From Gnetum montanum (taxonomy: Eukaryota; Plantae; Gnetophyta): DNA of 64,000 nt. A model generated the notes under the pieces. The model searched no databases. It was not told the origin of the DNA and saw only the letters and a list, made by a program, of their open reading frames with translations. A program made the translations under genes and the position numbers. The DNA is taken from assembly GCA_015680685.1 (NCBI GenBank), contig MNCI01001594.1, forward strand, positions 311,359 to 375,358. Direction: 5' to 3'. This document shows, in pieces, positions 1 through 12,519 of this stretch. Within the stretch, counting starts at the first letter, position 1; each line of letters begins with the position of its first letter.

Positions 1-830
1 TGTAAAGCTTGGAGTCCTAAATAAGGATCCACTAGGATGGAGAAAGGATGGGGTGTGGTAAATACCACTAATGATGGTTGAAATGAATGAAGTTGTGTTG
101 TAAAAGGCATTAATAAAAATAGGGAGGTGAAGTGGGATACTAGTTGAGATTGGTATGCTGCAACAACTAATGTTGGGCTAAACATGATAGGATACAAGGG
201 GATGGATTGGGTAACCTAATCCACAAAGGATATGAGAGGTGTAGAGCTAGGAATGGTTGCTTTTAGAGCTGACGATTGTAAGAGATCCCCTTTGATGGTA
301 TCTAGTTCATGCTCCACCTTAAACTCATCTTGTCCCTCTTGGTTTTCATTTGAGCTAATCTCCTCATTTGCCTCCTCTAGTTCTACTAGTTGTGCTAGCA
401 TACACATATGGAAATTAGTTAGTTTGATTTGGTCACAAGGTGAGGGAATATACTCCTTCCCATTCTTATGGATTATTTCAAATTGACATTTTAATTCCGA
501 CTCTCTACAAGGGATAAGCTAGCTAGCTTGAATTTTTGCACAAATAAAGTCATAATATTTCTCATTTATGTTTGTGTAAATTGGTTCTAGCCCCATCTGC
601 CTAAGGGGCTATCTATGCTCAACTATAGCTAGACCCTTAGGATCATAGATGTGGATAGCCTCTTAATATGAGGCTATATGTGTTATATTATGAGGTAAGA
701 CCATTGAACAATGGAAAGATACAAACAAGTGCTAAAATAAGTGACTAGCTAAGTCTCTTAGCATGTGAGAGTCTCTATGCGAGCCTTAGTGTATGGGTCA
801 GTCTCAACATATGAGAGTCTCAATTTTAGC
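1..830 (-). mobile_element. Degraded retroelement internal region (gag/ORF1-like remnant)
   Basis: Broken minus-strand frame (...MLAQLVELEEANEEISSNENQEGQDE...) with CpG depletion; no diagnostic motif. Confidence 0.3.
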
Positions 831-1519
831 GTACAAGAGTGTACAACCTCAAATACACTACAATTGCAAAGTAATAATTTTCAAAAAAAAAATTTGTTTG
901 AATTTTTTTTCTAATATATGAAAGGGGAAATTGCTTAAAAAAAACTACAAAGTATAAATAGTGGAAACAGGGATGATGATGTGCACTACAATTGCAAAGG
1001 CAATGCATGGGGCTATGACAACGTGGTGCACTGCACTGGGAAGACAATTAATTTTTTATGCTTGAAAGTGCAATAAATGAGGGTAGCACTCCACACAATA
1101 GCTAGAAAAATTTAAAGTAAAAATTGTTATGAATTTGTAGGTTGGAGGCCACATGTTGGGTTTTAAGAGAACCCAACATAAATTTGCAGGTTACAAGAAA
1201 ACGATGGGTTTTGGAAAAACCCAACACATATTTTAAAGTTGAAACAAAGCCTAAACAACTTGCAAGTCATACATTGTATCTTGAGAAAAACCCAACAGAA
1301 ATTTTTGTTGCACGCAACAATCTCACAAGTTTAGGTCAACACTAACAAAAAAAAATTTGCAATAGGTTTTAGCAGATAAGTTGAGTGGAGGCCCTTCTTC
1401 TATTGCTAGAAACTATAACATCTAAAAAATTTGATGCCAGAGATCCAAAAATTTCATCTCAAATAGTCTAACCCCAGATCCAATGGGCCTCAGAATAGTT
1501 TAAATGCTTTCCTAGTTAA

Positions 1520-1981
1520 TTAATCTCTCTCTCAACACTTGACTCTCCTAGTTAAGTACACTCAGTACGACCACTTTGAGCATGTGTGTAGCACTTGGTA
1601 ACCCAATAACGATTAGCGTTTGGTAATCCTAGCAGCGTTACACTGGTTCAGGATGTGTGCGGCAAGTGGGAACAGATACTAGTGTTAGGAACAGTTAGAA
1701 CTTAGTTAGTGAATAGTTAACGAAAGTTAGTCATTTAGTTCTCTTCACCTTCTTCTATTAGCATAAGACATTAAAAAGATAAAAGTTATAAAAATCATAT
1801 GCCTCAAGCTTACTTAACCATACAACCGTGACAATATAAGTAAGTTTGGGAAGACAATGATTAATTAACCTTGAGTGTTTCATTAAGGCGTGCAAACACT
1901 TAGTTCTTGGAGTTCGACCGGATCACGCGTCAAACACTCGTATTCGTATGGTTGAGTGTAGGGGTACCTCACCACTCATCA
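1520..1981 (+). mobile_element. 3' half of an LTR of the TGATGAG...CTCATCA family
   Basis: Ends ...GGTTGAGTGTAGGGGTACCTCACCACTCATCA; homologous to 6416-6857 and to the reverse complement of 37827-37960. Confidence 0.8.
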
Positions 1982-2099
1982 AAGATCATTCAAAAATCTT
2001 AGCAACAAGAGTGGTGCCATCAAGAAAATTTGAGATTGTAAAAATTGGGTATTGAATATATTAATGCAATAATAAATTCAAAATAAGCATGGAAATTTG

Positions 2100-2560
2100 T
2101 CAAAGAAAAAGTTTTATTAAAATGGCAAAATGAGACACAATACAAATAAAGCTTTAGTATACCAGTAAAACATTAGAGATGGTAGGGATAATGAAGTAAA
2201 ATATATACTTGCAACTAATTCAATATTAATGAGAACACTAATAGCAAAGTAAGCATAGGATCATACTACCTTTGAGTTAGAACTAGAAGATAAAATAATA
2301 TATATTACAAAGATAGATCATCTTGATTGTGTTTGCTACAAGTAGTAGAAGATGAACAACATGCATTATTAAATTGCTTCAAAATAGAGTTTTTTAGAAC
2401 ATAATGATAAATCTATAGTTAATCTTTAAATGAGTTATTCAATTCACAAATGTTGGTTCTAGGAATTTATGTAGATAAAGTGTTTACAGATCTATTGTTC
2501 TTGGGCTTTATTGATACTAATGTATTTTACACAAGTTGATAAATCCTTTAAAACAAAAGA
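2100..2560 (+). mobile_element. Decayed 3' fragment of L2/Crack-like LINE
   Basis: Similar to 59850-60170 and 61050-61390 (GAAGATGAACAACATGCATTATTA, EDEQHALL motif). Confidence 0.55.
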
Positions 2561-4206
2561 GGAAAAACTTCAGGCGCTTCTGAACAAATATCAATTCCAA
2601 AAGCTTAACAACAAAGGGAATAAGTCGATGGAAGAGTCACCACTGCCTGAAATACAAACATATATATATGTAAGGTTAGTTTCAATTTTAAATTCATATC
2701 ATCACCATGCTCAATGGTAGTACATGGCTTAACATTACATTATTGGAATTAATTCTATGACTTGCATAAATATAAGTCACATTTACTAACTAAGCTATGT
2801 CTTACTAACCTTTAAAATATTCCCATTACTTTATATTAATTAATCTATATGCAAGTGCAGCAATGTTTTCTCTAGAAATCAAATCTATTGGGGTAGGAAG
2901 TTGGTACGATAACAAGATAGTACAAAACATTTACATTTACCCATGCTAGTACTATAAAGATCGTGATGTTACAAAAAATTAAAAGATAAACATGTCTTTG
3001 TTATTGAATGAAGGGTATAAAGTTTAACATCATTTTAAAACAATGCTTTAAGATTAATAGAAACACAATCCAATATTTATTTTGGTTGTTTACTTATACA
3101 AATAATAGTTTACATATTTTAATTAATAAAATTACCTCAAAATACAAAATTATCTAATTTTATAGGACTAGCTCAATTTTGTATGTAGAATATCAATGTA
3201 TAATTAATTTTTGATTTGAATCATATATTATGAAGCTTTTTTGTTAAATATTTAAAAATATACATAAAGTGCTTAAATTTTTCATAGTTTAATTAAATAT
3301 TACTTTTTATGAATTTATCCATGATGTGTGTACAATAATTTTAATATCTTGATGTAAGCTAGACATTATATGTTTAAAAATTTTAAAATCAATATCTTTT
3401 AGTCGTTAATATACATGAAATATGGAAAAAGGATAAACATGTGAAAAGTAAATTAGAAACCATTTTATCCTCATACAGTAAAAGTAACTTAAACAAGTCA
3501 AGTAGTGAACTAAAAGTTAGCATTAATAAGACAAGTGTGTTTGGTGTTGCTTATTGTTGTTGATGACATGTATTTATGTTTAAGATTGATGAATCACCAG
3601 TTAGCCGAGATATCATAGATGCTATGTCGTAGATGCTACATCGCATTTGCAAATGCGATGTAGCATCCATGTCGATGCATCTCAATTGGCTACTACGTCG
3701 TAGATGCTATGTCACATCTATGATGTTGTAGATGTGATGTTGCATTTGTTTGATAAAGTCAAATTTTGTCCACCAATGATATCGTAACTACAATATTGTA
3801 TCTACGATGTCGTATATTTGATATTGTAGCACATGTTACATCATTGTAGATTCGATATCGTGGGATGTGTGTAGACTATAAATACAACACTTAGGTGCAT
3901 GAATCCACATAAGTTTAATTACATCCTTAGGTAGATTCTTGCAGTTTCATTTTGTAGTTTTAGCGATAGAGTGAATGCCTGCAGTGTGGTGTTGAGCAAT
4001 TGTACGAAATCTTTATTCAAGTGAAGTGTACTCAGGCATAGTTTATGTTTAGAAATAAAGATCGAGATTGCTTTTCATCATTGTGACATCTACTTAGCTT
4101 TATTGTTTTACTTAGCATAGTTTTTACTATTTTCTTATTGTAATCATTTACATTTCCAAGTACTTTACTTTTTTGTTTATTAGTAAAGCATAATGAGTAC
4201 GACTGG

Positions 4207-6410
4207 TGATGAGCAGCAAGTAGACCCTACGCTCTACCATACGAATCACTAAGCGTTCATGTGTGATCTAGGCAAATTCCATGAACTTATAGCTGTCTAG
4301 GTACATCGGTCTCTGGAAGGTGAAACTAATCGTTACACTTGTTGTCTTCCTAATTACACTTGTGAAATGCAAAAGTATGGTTAAGTGCAAGTAAGGTATA
4401 TGATTTTTATCATTTTTATGTTTTATGTTTTAAGTAGCCTAAAAATAAAGAATAAAGAAATATATATTTAATTGCTAATTTACTCCAACTAACTAGCATT
4501 TAACTAATTCTAACATAAGCATCTGTTCTCACTTATCGTACACATCCTAAACATGTTTAATGCTACTGGGTTACCAAATGTTATACATTACTAGGATTAG
4601 CAAGCACCAAGTGTATGCTTGAAGTGGTCGTACTTATGTGCTTAATTAATCACCATTTTATTTAGCTTAGTCTGGTTTAATTAATTACTTAATTACTTAA
4701 TACCTATGCATCAAAAGAATCTGATTCGTGGAAGCGAGGAATCGAGGATTCGTGATTCCAAACGTGTTTAGGTACGTGTACCTCAAGAAAAAGTGGGGAC
4801 GGTTTTGTAGTTGGGGACGTGATAGAGAAAATTTAAATATATTACTTTTTTTAAAAATTAAATCTCATATATCATAAAAATACATTCTAAAATATAGAAC
4901 AAGTACAATGTAAATCCAAAATATTGTTAATGCTTACAAATTGCAACAACCAAAATGACAACAATAAAATGAAACCCTTTTGTTAATCAATCCAATATTT
5001 CCAAAAATGAACATAAGCCTCAAGCCTCAACCAAATTTATAACAAATCAGGTCTACTAAAACTTTTGTTTAATGACTACTTGTGAGTACCACCGTAGGGA
5101 CTACTGTTGAGTAGCCCCTAGGGCCACGTTGAAGATGACCGCATTATAAAAGGACACAACTTAACTAAACTAGGCACAGCTCGGTAACTCACCTCACCTA
5201 CAATGATGAAAAACCTTTCCTCTCACCTACAATGATCAAAAAACGTTTCAAAAGCTGGAACATCGACACTGGTCATGATGAAAGGAAAAGTAAAAACAGA
5301 GCACCATGAGCTTGCATATCGCCATTGGCCATGTGCTGGTGGGGTTCATTGCTTTATAAGCGAACAGATTTTTAAAAAAGTTGAACAAGCATCCATCCGT
5401 CATCATGTTACTGATAAGCCATGACGATGACCCTGTTTTGTTCTTTCTTTTTTCAGCGGAGATATGAGGAAAAAAAGCAAAAACCAGCAATGAACAATAA
5501 ACACGCGTAAATGTGTGTGACTCATGGCGGAACCTTTGACACTCCCAAAGGCACGCGAATCCATGCAAATGCAATGTTTTCCTCGCACGGCCCGTCCAAA
5601 ACTTGATTTTCGTATGACCCATACTTGCCCTTCGGCCTTCAGTTACCATAGTAGCCCTTTCCTGATTTCTGTGTGTTTGTTTATTCATTCGTACTCCCTT
5701 GTTTTCTGTGGTCCGTCTCACGCCGATGCTTGCCACTTAACAATGAAATGAAATTTTGGGTATTCAGAACAGGAGAAGCTACCTAAGATTTTAATACAAA
5801 ATGTAGACATCGCAAAAAATAAAAAGGCAAGAACAATACGAGGCAAGGCAAGGACACCATTTCAATGTATATGTACAAATCCGGACAAAATTTCATTGGA
5901 AATTATGAAATATGTACTCATTGCGAATTTAATGGGCTTCTGTAGGCGCTCTTGAATCCAACGTTAACAGTTCGTCAAAATTTATCTGGAATCGCGAATG
6001 TTCGACGCATAGCTTAATACATTAAAGGAAATTGTTTAAAATATTAAATACATAAAAGAAATAATTAATCTATTTCAAAATGCTACATGGTTTATTAGAA
6101 AGCTCCAATTTATTGCCACACACACTATGCTTAGGTATAACAATGTTGGAATAAAGATTTGTACACTTTTTAACTTCTACAGTGGGCACTTAGAAAATAT
6201 TCTAACTTTAAAAGGAAAAACTACTAGATCTTCACTATAACTATGAGACTTGTTGCCATAAATGTAACTGGTGAGCACGTATTTATAGGTGAAAACAAAC
6301 GCTGAATTGATGGGATCACGTCAACGTATCAAATCATGCATTAATGCGATCAAGTCGATGGGGCTGCTTCCATGAGGCCTCATCAACGTAACCCTTGATG
6401 CAACTCATCA
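4207..6410 (-). mobile_element. Inverted solo LTR of the same family nested in the outer LTR
   Basis: Termini TGATGAG...CTCATCA; flanks ACTGG (4202-4206) and ATCGG (6411-6415) are both one C>T change from ACCGG; TATTTATAG near 6280. Confidence 0.82.
4704..6012. mobile_element. Non-autonomous hAT-superfamily DNA transposon (1309 bp)
   Basis: Perfect 8-bp TSD CTTAATAC (4696-4703, 6013-6020); imperfect TIRs CTATGCATCAAA and reverse complement CTATGCGTCGAA; subterminal GAATC/GATTC motifs; no transposase. Confidence 0.85.
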
Positions 6411-7309
6411 ATCGGTGTTGAGTATTTAAGTGTAATTGTTTGGTAATCCCAATAGTGTTATAGTTTGGTTGGTCCAGTCGCATAATGCTTGATAGCCTAG
6501 TAATGGTCACATTAGCCTAAGACACGGTAAACCAAGACCAAATGCTCATCGCTCCAGGCAAGAGTAGATTTACATTACCACCATTATTATTATTGAGACT
6601 TAGGATTAAATTTCATTCTCAATTATGTTTATCACTAGGAGTAAAATGAATTTAACATCATTGATTATCATATGCCTCACTTTGGACTAAACCATATGTG
6701 ACAAAGCTACCACTAGTCCAAGTGGAAAGATAGCGTCTTGCAACCAATACTTAATAATCTAGATGTCACAACTAGTCTCATCCATGGAATTCGACAAGAT
6801 CATGTGTGAACGCTTGTGATTCATATGGTTGGGTGTAGGGGTACTCGTTGCTCATCAAAGATCTACTCTAAATTAAATGTTTCAAAGAGAACAAGGCTAT
6901 TAAGAAGATACCTCATGGGCAATGTTGCTTGTGATATGTAGTTTGAATTCTTGGACTTAGATAGCATATAATTTACCCTGTGAGTGTAATTGTTAGTATC
7001 ATGTACTTATTAGATATGCATGTAAAATTTGTAGCCTTTCTAAAGAACTAGTAGTTATATGGACGATATATAGATGCCATCAATAAAAATAAAAAATAGC
7101 AAACAGATAAAAACTCTTACGTATTATTCATTTTTAATGATAATGTGATTAATAAAATTGTATTATTTGTATATACTTTTTCAAAAAGAAGTTAACTTAA
7201 ATTATTATGTTATTTGAATAGTATGGTGATTTTGGCTGAGAGGCTAACTACCAATCATAATCCTATAATACTTAGTTATAAGGGTGTTGGAGCCTCAAAA
7301 TAAATGTAA

Positions 7310-7400
7310 TATAGGTATAGTCCAATCATAACTTTATAACTGAACATTGCCCACCAGAATCAAACCCATGACATGGAGCTTTCAAATCAAAGTCTTATTA
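7310..7400 (-). mobile_element. tRNA-derived SINE family A fragment
   Basis: Reverse complement matches 52725-52812, including the B-box-like GGGTTTGATTC. Confidence 0.6.
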
Positions 7401-7590
7401 ATCATAATCTTATAATGCTTAATTATATCTTATTCATAATGCAGTAGAGGTCTTATTCCTAAAATGCTAAATTATATTTTGTTGGTATGCCTCATATAGC
7501 ACACAATATAAGGCTAAATAATATTTCTCAAATTTTTTGTCTTATATTATATACAAATTTTTTAGACTCAAGCCTGTAACAAATACATAA

Positions 7591-7730
7591 CATTGAGGTG
7601 TTAGCGTAGTGGTAAAGGAGGTGGCATGGCAACCCTAAGCCAAAATTTTTTTTATGTTAAATTAATTTTAAACTAGCATGATAGATCCAAAAAAGTCTTT
7701 ATAAACGTAAATAAAAATTTCAGTTTCAAT
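7591..7730 (+). mobile_element. tRNA-derived SINE family A copy
   Basis: A-box TAGCGTAGTGG; head and tail (TAGATCCAAA...AAATTTCAGTTTCA) match 12161-12395. Confidence 0.65.
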
Positions 7731-8639
7731 AATAATATTCCTCTTCTCACATTATTTTGACTTACATATCATACACATTGACGGGAGAGAGACAACATAA
7801 CATTACGAAGTCTCTGCCACTAATTAATTTGGTGATTTATCATCCTCTAAATCCAAACTATTCTCGCAAGGGACATGAAAAGCCTTGAAGTAACCACGAC
7901 TACATATTAATGCTTTATTTCTTGTCATGTCCCATATCTTTAAGCTAAATGTCAATTTGGCATTATAGACCTCTAAATTATTGCTCAGGGTTGCAAAAAT
8001 CATATACGAACGACACACAAACCAGAATCACATACGAACCAGAACCAGACAACACGAGGAAAACCAAGTCATGACCATGACATTTGATGGTTATGGTTTC
8101 GTAAATAATAATGATACCCCCTCGTGATCCCAAGTTGCTAACAAGCATGACCGATGACCTTTCTTGTTATATTACCCTGGTTTTGTTTGTTTTCGCATGT
8201 TATATTCACCATCTTACATTAAAGAATGATTTTCCATGAAACATGATATTCTCTTGGCTAGAAGTTGTATATGCTTCTCCCCAATGACCTAATTAGATGC
8301 GGACTTTTCACCAAAGCAACGGAAATCTATCTGAATTCTTAATCAGTTGTCATCATACGTGGCTTCAGCTTGATACGACGTAAGTCCAACCTTATAAATA
8401 CAACAATAAAACAGCAAATTTTTAATTTGCAAGCAAAGCCTCCCACCGCCTTCAGACACCAACAACATGCGCATGTGGACTGATAGCGCTTTTTGGGTCC
8501 AATAATAGATTACGTGTCTAAACACAGCACTTGAAAAAGTTGGCCACTAATATATTTACAATTGGTAGCCCACATGCACTAAATCTACAACTGAAAAGTA
8601 AAGTGCAGTGTACTAGTCAAATAAATATTTCTCCAACGA

Positions 8640-9295
8640 GGATCGCGAAATTAGGAGAAAACCAGGCCAGGAACATGAATCGCGCGGCCAAAAACAATTT
8701 TGATTCTTCGGAAAATACAGAAAGTTGTGGGCCGGCATTTATGTAAGTGAATTTGCTGAACATCGCTTTTATACTAAGAATGCCAGTAAATGGCGGTCAA
8801 AAGCTTTACGGTCCTCCTCCTCCTGAAGCGTTGCAGTCCAAGGAATTTCTTGAAAACGCAGCCGTCGGCCGTGCACCTTTAAGCTTATTTAGTAGCATGT
8901 TACGGCAGATTCTTTATTGCTTTGCGATTAAGTATTGTTGTTATTTGCGGCCGAATTCGACGCGGTTTGCGGCAAAGGCGTTGGTTGCTTTTGATTACGC
9001 GGTAAAGCGTTGGTGTTTCTGTATAACGGATTCGGATTCCTTTTTCATAATACTCGCGGAAGACGTTCACCGCGGTGAAAGCCGGGATTGAATTGTTGAT
9101 TTCAGCAGAATCATTTATTCTTGTTTGTTTGTTTATCTTAAAAAGCAGAAATATTCGTGGCTGCACAGCTCCTCCGCGCTGCTATCGTTCAAATGATGTG
9201 TTGTATCGGTTGTGTAAGTAAGTGAGATATTGTGCGTCCCGATTGACGGCGGAATTTCCTTGCATCCGTATTCGTTTTGTGCTCTGTTTTTGCAG
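8640..9295 (+). promoter_or_regulatory. CpG-rich island: probable promoter and first (5'UTR) exon of the OTU gene
   Basis: CpG is retained against a CpG-depleted background; TGGGCC near 8728; donor-like GTAAGT at 9214 and 9218 and CAG|GTACGT at 9296, followed by T-rich intron-like sequence. Linkage to the OTU gene is inferred. Confidence 0.65.
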
Positions 9296-11464
9296 GTACG
9301 TTACATGCATTTCTGCGGTTTCATGAACACTGAAGTCTTTTTTAGTACACGCGCTTCGTATTGATATTGATAGTTGAATCGACGTTTCTGCGTGCCTCGT
9401 TTCAATTTTTATGTTAACTTTTCCAGTTCTTCTTATTCAAAGCTAAAATTTTCGGCCGGTATGCCTGTCTATTTGTACCGACTTATAGGACGACATTATA
9501 ATTTCGGTGTTTTCTTTCGTGTTCTTTTGTACATGATGAATGGTTTCTTTATTTTTCCTAAGCTTGTATGCTACAACACGTTTTTATTAGGTATCGGATA
9601 TACTGTGTGTAGTTTTTGTTAAGAAAAAGTTTTGGGAGGTACTTTTTTTTTCTTTAAATCATTGATTGTCTGTCCTGATACATTGCAGTGTTGCTATTGC
9701 CGCGATTGTTTCAACCTCTTTTTTATAAATATATTGCGAAGATAACGAAATTTTTCTTTTAATTATGCAATTTTAAAATGACTTCTGGTTTTTTTAGCCA
9801 TCGCTCAGTTCTATTTTTCTTGGCTTTATTATTCAAAAACGAAATCTTTTCTATAGATCTTTGTATTTCCAGAAGGACGTATTCTCTTCTAACTTGAATC
9901 ATAAGATGTCGCAATTTATCCAATATTTTTGAGCTACTATTTGATTTCAAGTAAAGCAAAATTTTCTTATCATTTGCATGCGTTTTCTTAATAAAGTATC
10001 TTTGCTGTTTGATGCATTAAAATACTAAAATTTTAATTTCTATGTTGATGTTGCAAGTCTTAAAAACTTTATAAAAACTCCCACCAACCAAAGTTTTATG
10101 ATTTTATTAATATAAAGTTAATATAATATGCTTGTTGGTTAAAGCAAGTGCTTTGGGTCCTACATTCAACTTAAAGTGAATATTTTACATTTAGCCATCC
10201 AATTTTTATCATTGTTTCCAGATTCTTTTCACCTTGAATTTACCATCTTTTTTAGACTAACAAAGGTGTGGATTTTCTTGGTAACTGTTTGACTCTTTTG
10301 CGATTTTATTTCTTTTATAGCCTCATTATTCACTGTAAATAGAATACAACATTTTTTAAAAATGTAAGAAGCATCAAAGACATTTTAATCTTTTATCTAT
10401 TTTTTTTTGGTTTTCTGTGTGAATTAGTTCAGCCTAAAAATAGGACAATTTATAATGACTATCTTAATAATCTATGTTATATCGGATAAGTTCATAATAT
10501 TAAAAATTGTATTTTATTTCAATTACTAGTATATACTGATTTTTTTATTTGTATTATGGTAATGTGGGTAGCTGGAATCAAACCCATGACCTTCCTTAAA
10601 CAGTTGCATCTTGTGTCTTGCAGCAGTATTGAGGCACTGGTTGGCCACACATAATATATAATGGTTGTTGTGCACTTGCATTGGTATTTGATGCAACTTT
10701 TTAATGAAAATTACTACTTCACCAAACTTAAAATCCTGGAATTTAAATGTTGTCAAAGAATATTAAGTTCATTTCATTTGTTTTTCACTTGTGCATATTT
10801 TTGTGTATTGCCTTTAATCACAAGAGCAATGGGCCAATGCTTAAACCCTAATATTGGAATAAATAAAACATTTATAGTCTTTGAATTTTATTTGTGAAAA
10901 AGTGTAACCATATTTTATTTGCTGTTTTGTTAATTGGATTGTTTATGTTTATTATTGTAGTTTGAGTATATGTGGAAAAGAAACACCATTGTCTTCAATA
11001 GTAAGACCAAAGGCCACTCCATAAATAGTAAAAACTCCATCTTCTTGAATAGATCGAAAGAAATTTTATAATGCTTCTTCTATATAATAATATGGTCTTG
11101 TTACTGATTCAAGGTAATCATATCACAATTTTCTCTAGTTCAACTGAGTTGTTGTAGGTTGAATCTACAATGCTCTGCTTTGTACGGATTGTAAGTTTGT
11201 TTTAGTATATGTATTGCAACATTTTGAATATTTGCATACTAATGTAATGGATAGATGGTAACAGATAATTTACCTTAGGATTCTTTAGACATTAATAAAT
11301 ATGAAGTATTGCTATATTTGTACTGATTTTGGAAAGAACCATTAGCAATTAATACAACACATCATTTAAGATCTAGAGTGGGAAGTTGAGAAAAAAGTAT
11401 ATATTAGTGTATCTTTTTAAGTATAAAAAATTGGCATTTTTCATCTGAAAATTTTGTTTGTTGA

Positions 11465-11640
11465 TCTAGTGAAGCTGAGATTTTTACTTATGTCCATTGA
11501 GACCCTTTGGATCTATTAGACCAGTTTCAGAATTTCTTTTACGGGATTTTTATTTAATTTGTAATTCAATGCTGCTTAGTAGAATTGAACATGTGACCTG
11601 AGGTTACCAAGCCAAGACCCATACCACTAAAGTGATAGCT
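11465..11640 (-). mobile_element. tRNA-derived SINE family A copy (left arm of an inverted pair)
   Basis: Reverse complement of the 12161-12395 head and body. Confidence 0.75.
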
Positions 11641-12160
11641 AAAGTGACCAAGGTTGTGATGAGGGTGACAATTTTATGAAAGATGATATAATGTTCTAGT
11701 TTTCTTTTTACTTTTGGTTTAATTTTCTCTACAATATTAAGAAATTATATTCCATCATTTTAAAAACTTCAAAATAAATGGCCATTTTCAGGTATTTGAT
11801 TATTGTTACAAAAATAGAGTTTTTTATTCATCATTATCTATTATTTGTGCTAAAATACTATTTTATGTATTACATGTAATTTAGATTCTGAAAATATACG
11901 ATTAATAATTTTAGAAACCCTTCAAAACTCAATATTAATTACTTTATCAATACCATTGATAGGCTTTTGCTTGTCCACCAACCCTCTTGGGACTTCACTT
12001 GGTGGAATGAGCATTGAGGCTCTAGGTGATGACGAATACCATATTGAAGTCTTACAGGGTATATTCATATCTTAAAAACCTTTTAAGATTTACTTTTGGA
12101 CATGCACTTGTATATATAACGTCAAACACATTGTTCTGTTACCTTTGATAATGTTCTATA

Positions 12161-12395
12161 ACAATGAGGTGTTAGCCTAGTGGTAAGGGTCTTGGCTTGG
12201 TAACCCCAAATCACAAGTTTGATTCTACTCTATAAATTAAAAAAAAAAAAGAAAAAAAAAGTGTTATAACTAATTCACACTTTAATTTAGTGTTGATTTA
12301 TAAATTAAAAAATTTTTTGTAAAAGGAATTCTGAAACTGGTCCAATAGATTCAAGGGGTCTCAGTGGTGTAAGTAAAAAAATTTCAGTTTCATTA
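12161..12395 (+). mobile_element. tRNA-derived SINE family A copy (best preserved)
   Basis: ACAATGAGGTGTTAGCCTAGTGGTAAGG (A box) ... AAGTTTGATTC (B box), then an A-tract and the shared body. Confidence 0.78.
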
Positions 12396-12519
12396 TTGTT
12401 ATACAACATTGCCATTGGGATCTTTTTGTAAACATTTAGTGTTAAAATGCTCATCATTCAAAACTTTTTTTTTTAAAGAAAAAGGTTGCTGCATTAGTAA
12501 AGGGTAATACACACTGTAT

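Larger units (their letters stand above)
3587..6857 (+). mobile_element. Solo LTR (outer element; own sequence 3587-4206 plus 6411-6857), TSD AAGAT
   Basis: Termini TGATGAA...CTCATCA; AAGAT at 3582-3586 and 6858-6862; U3 tandem repeats; CTATAAATA near 3875; homology to 61693-62008. Confidence 0.88.

Noticed and set aside
3600-3870. CRISPR-like array
   Set aside because: Short degenerate tandem units without unique spacers, inside an LTR in eukaryotic DNA
5248-5736. 162-aa minus ORF and overlapping ORFs inside the hAT element
   Set aside because: No transposase or other motif; explained by locally higher GC
8531-9622. Several 70-114 aa ORFs in the CpG island
   Set aside because: No recognisable domains; overlapping on both strands; typical of promoter/UTR sequence
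12161-12235. tRNA gene
   Set aside because: A and B boxes are present, but there is no complete cloverleaf or acceptor stem; dispersed decayed copies with a shared body indicate a SINE
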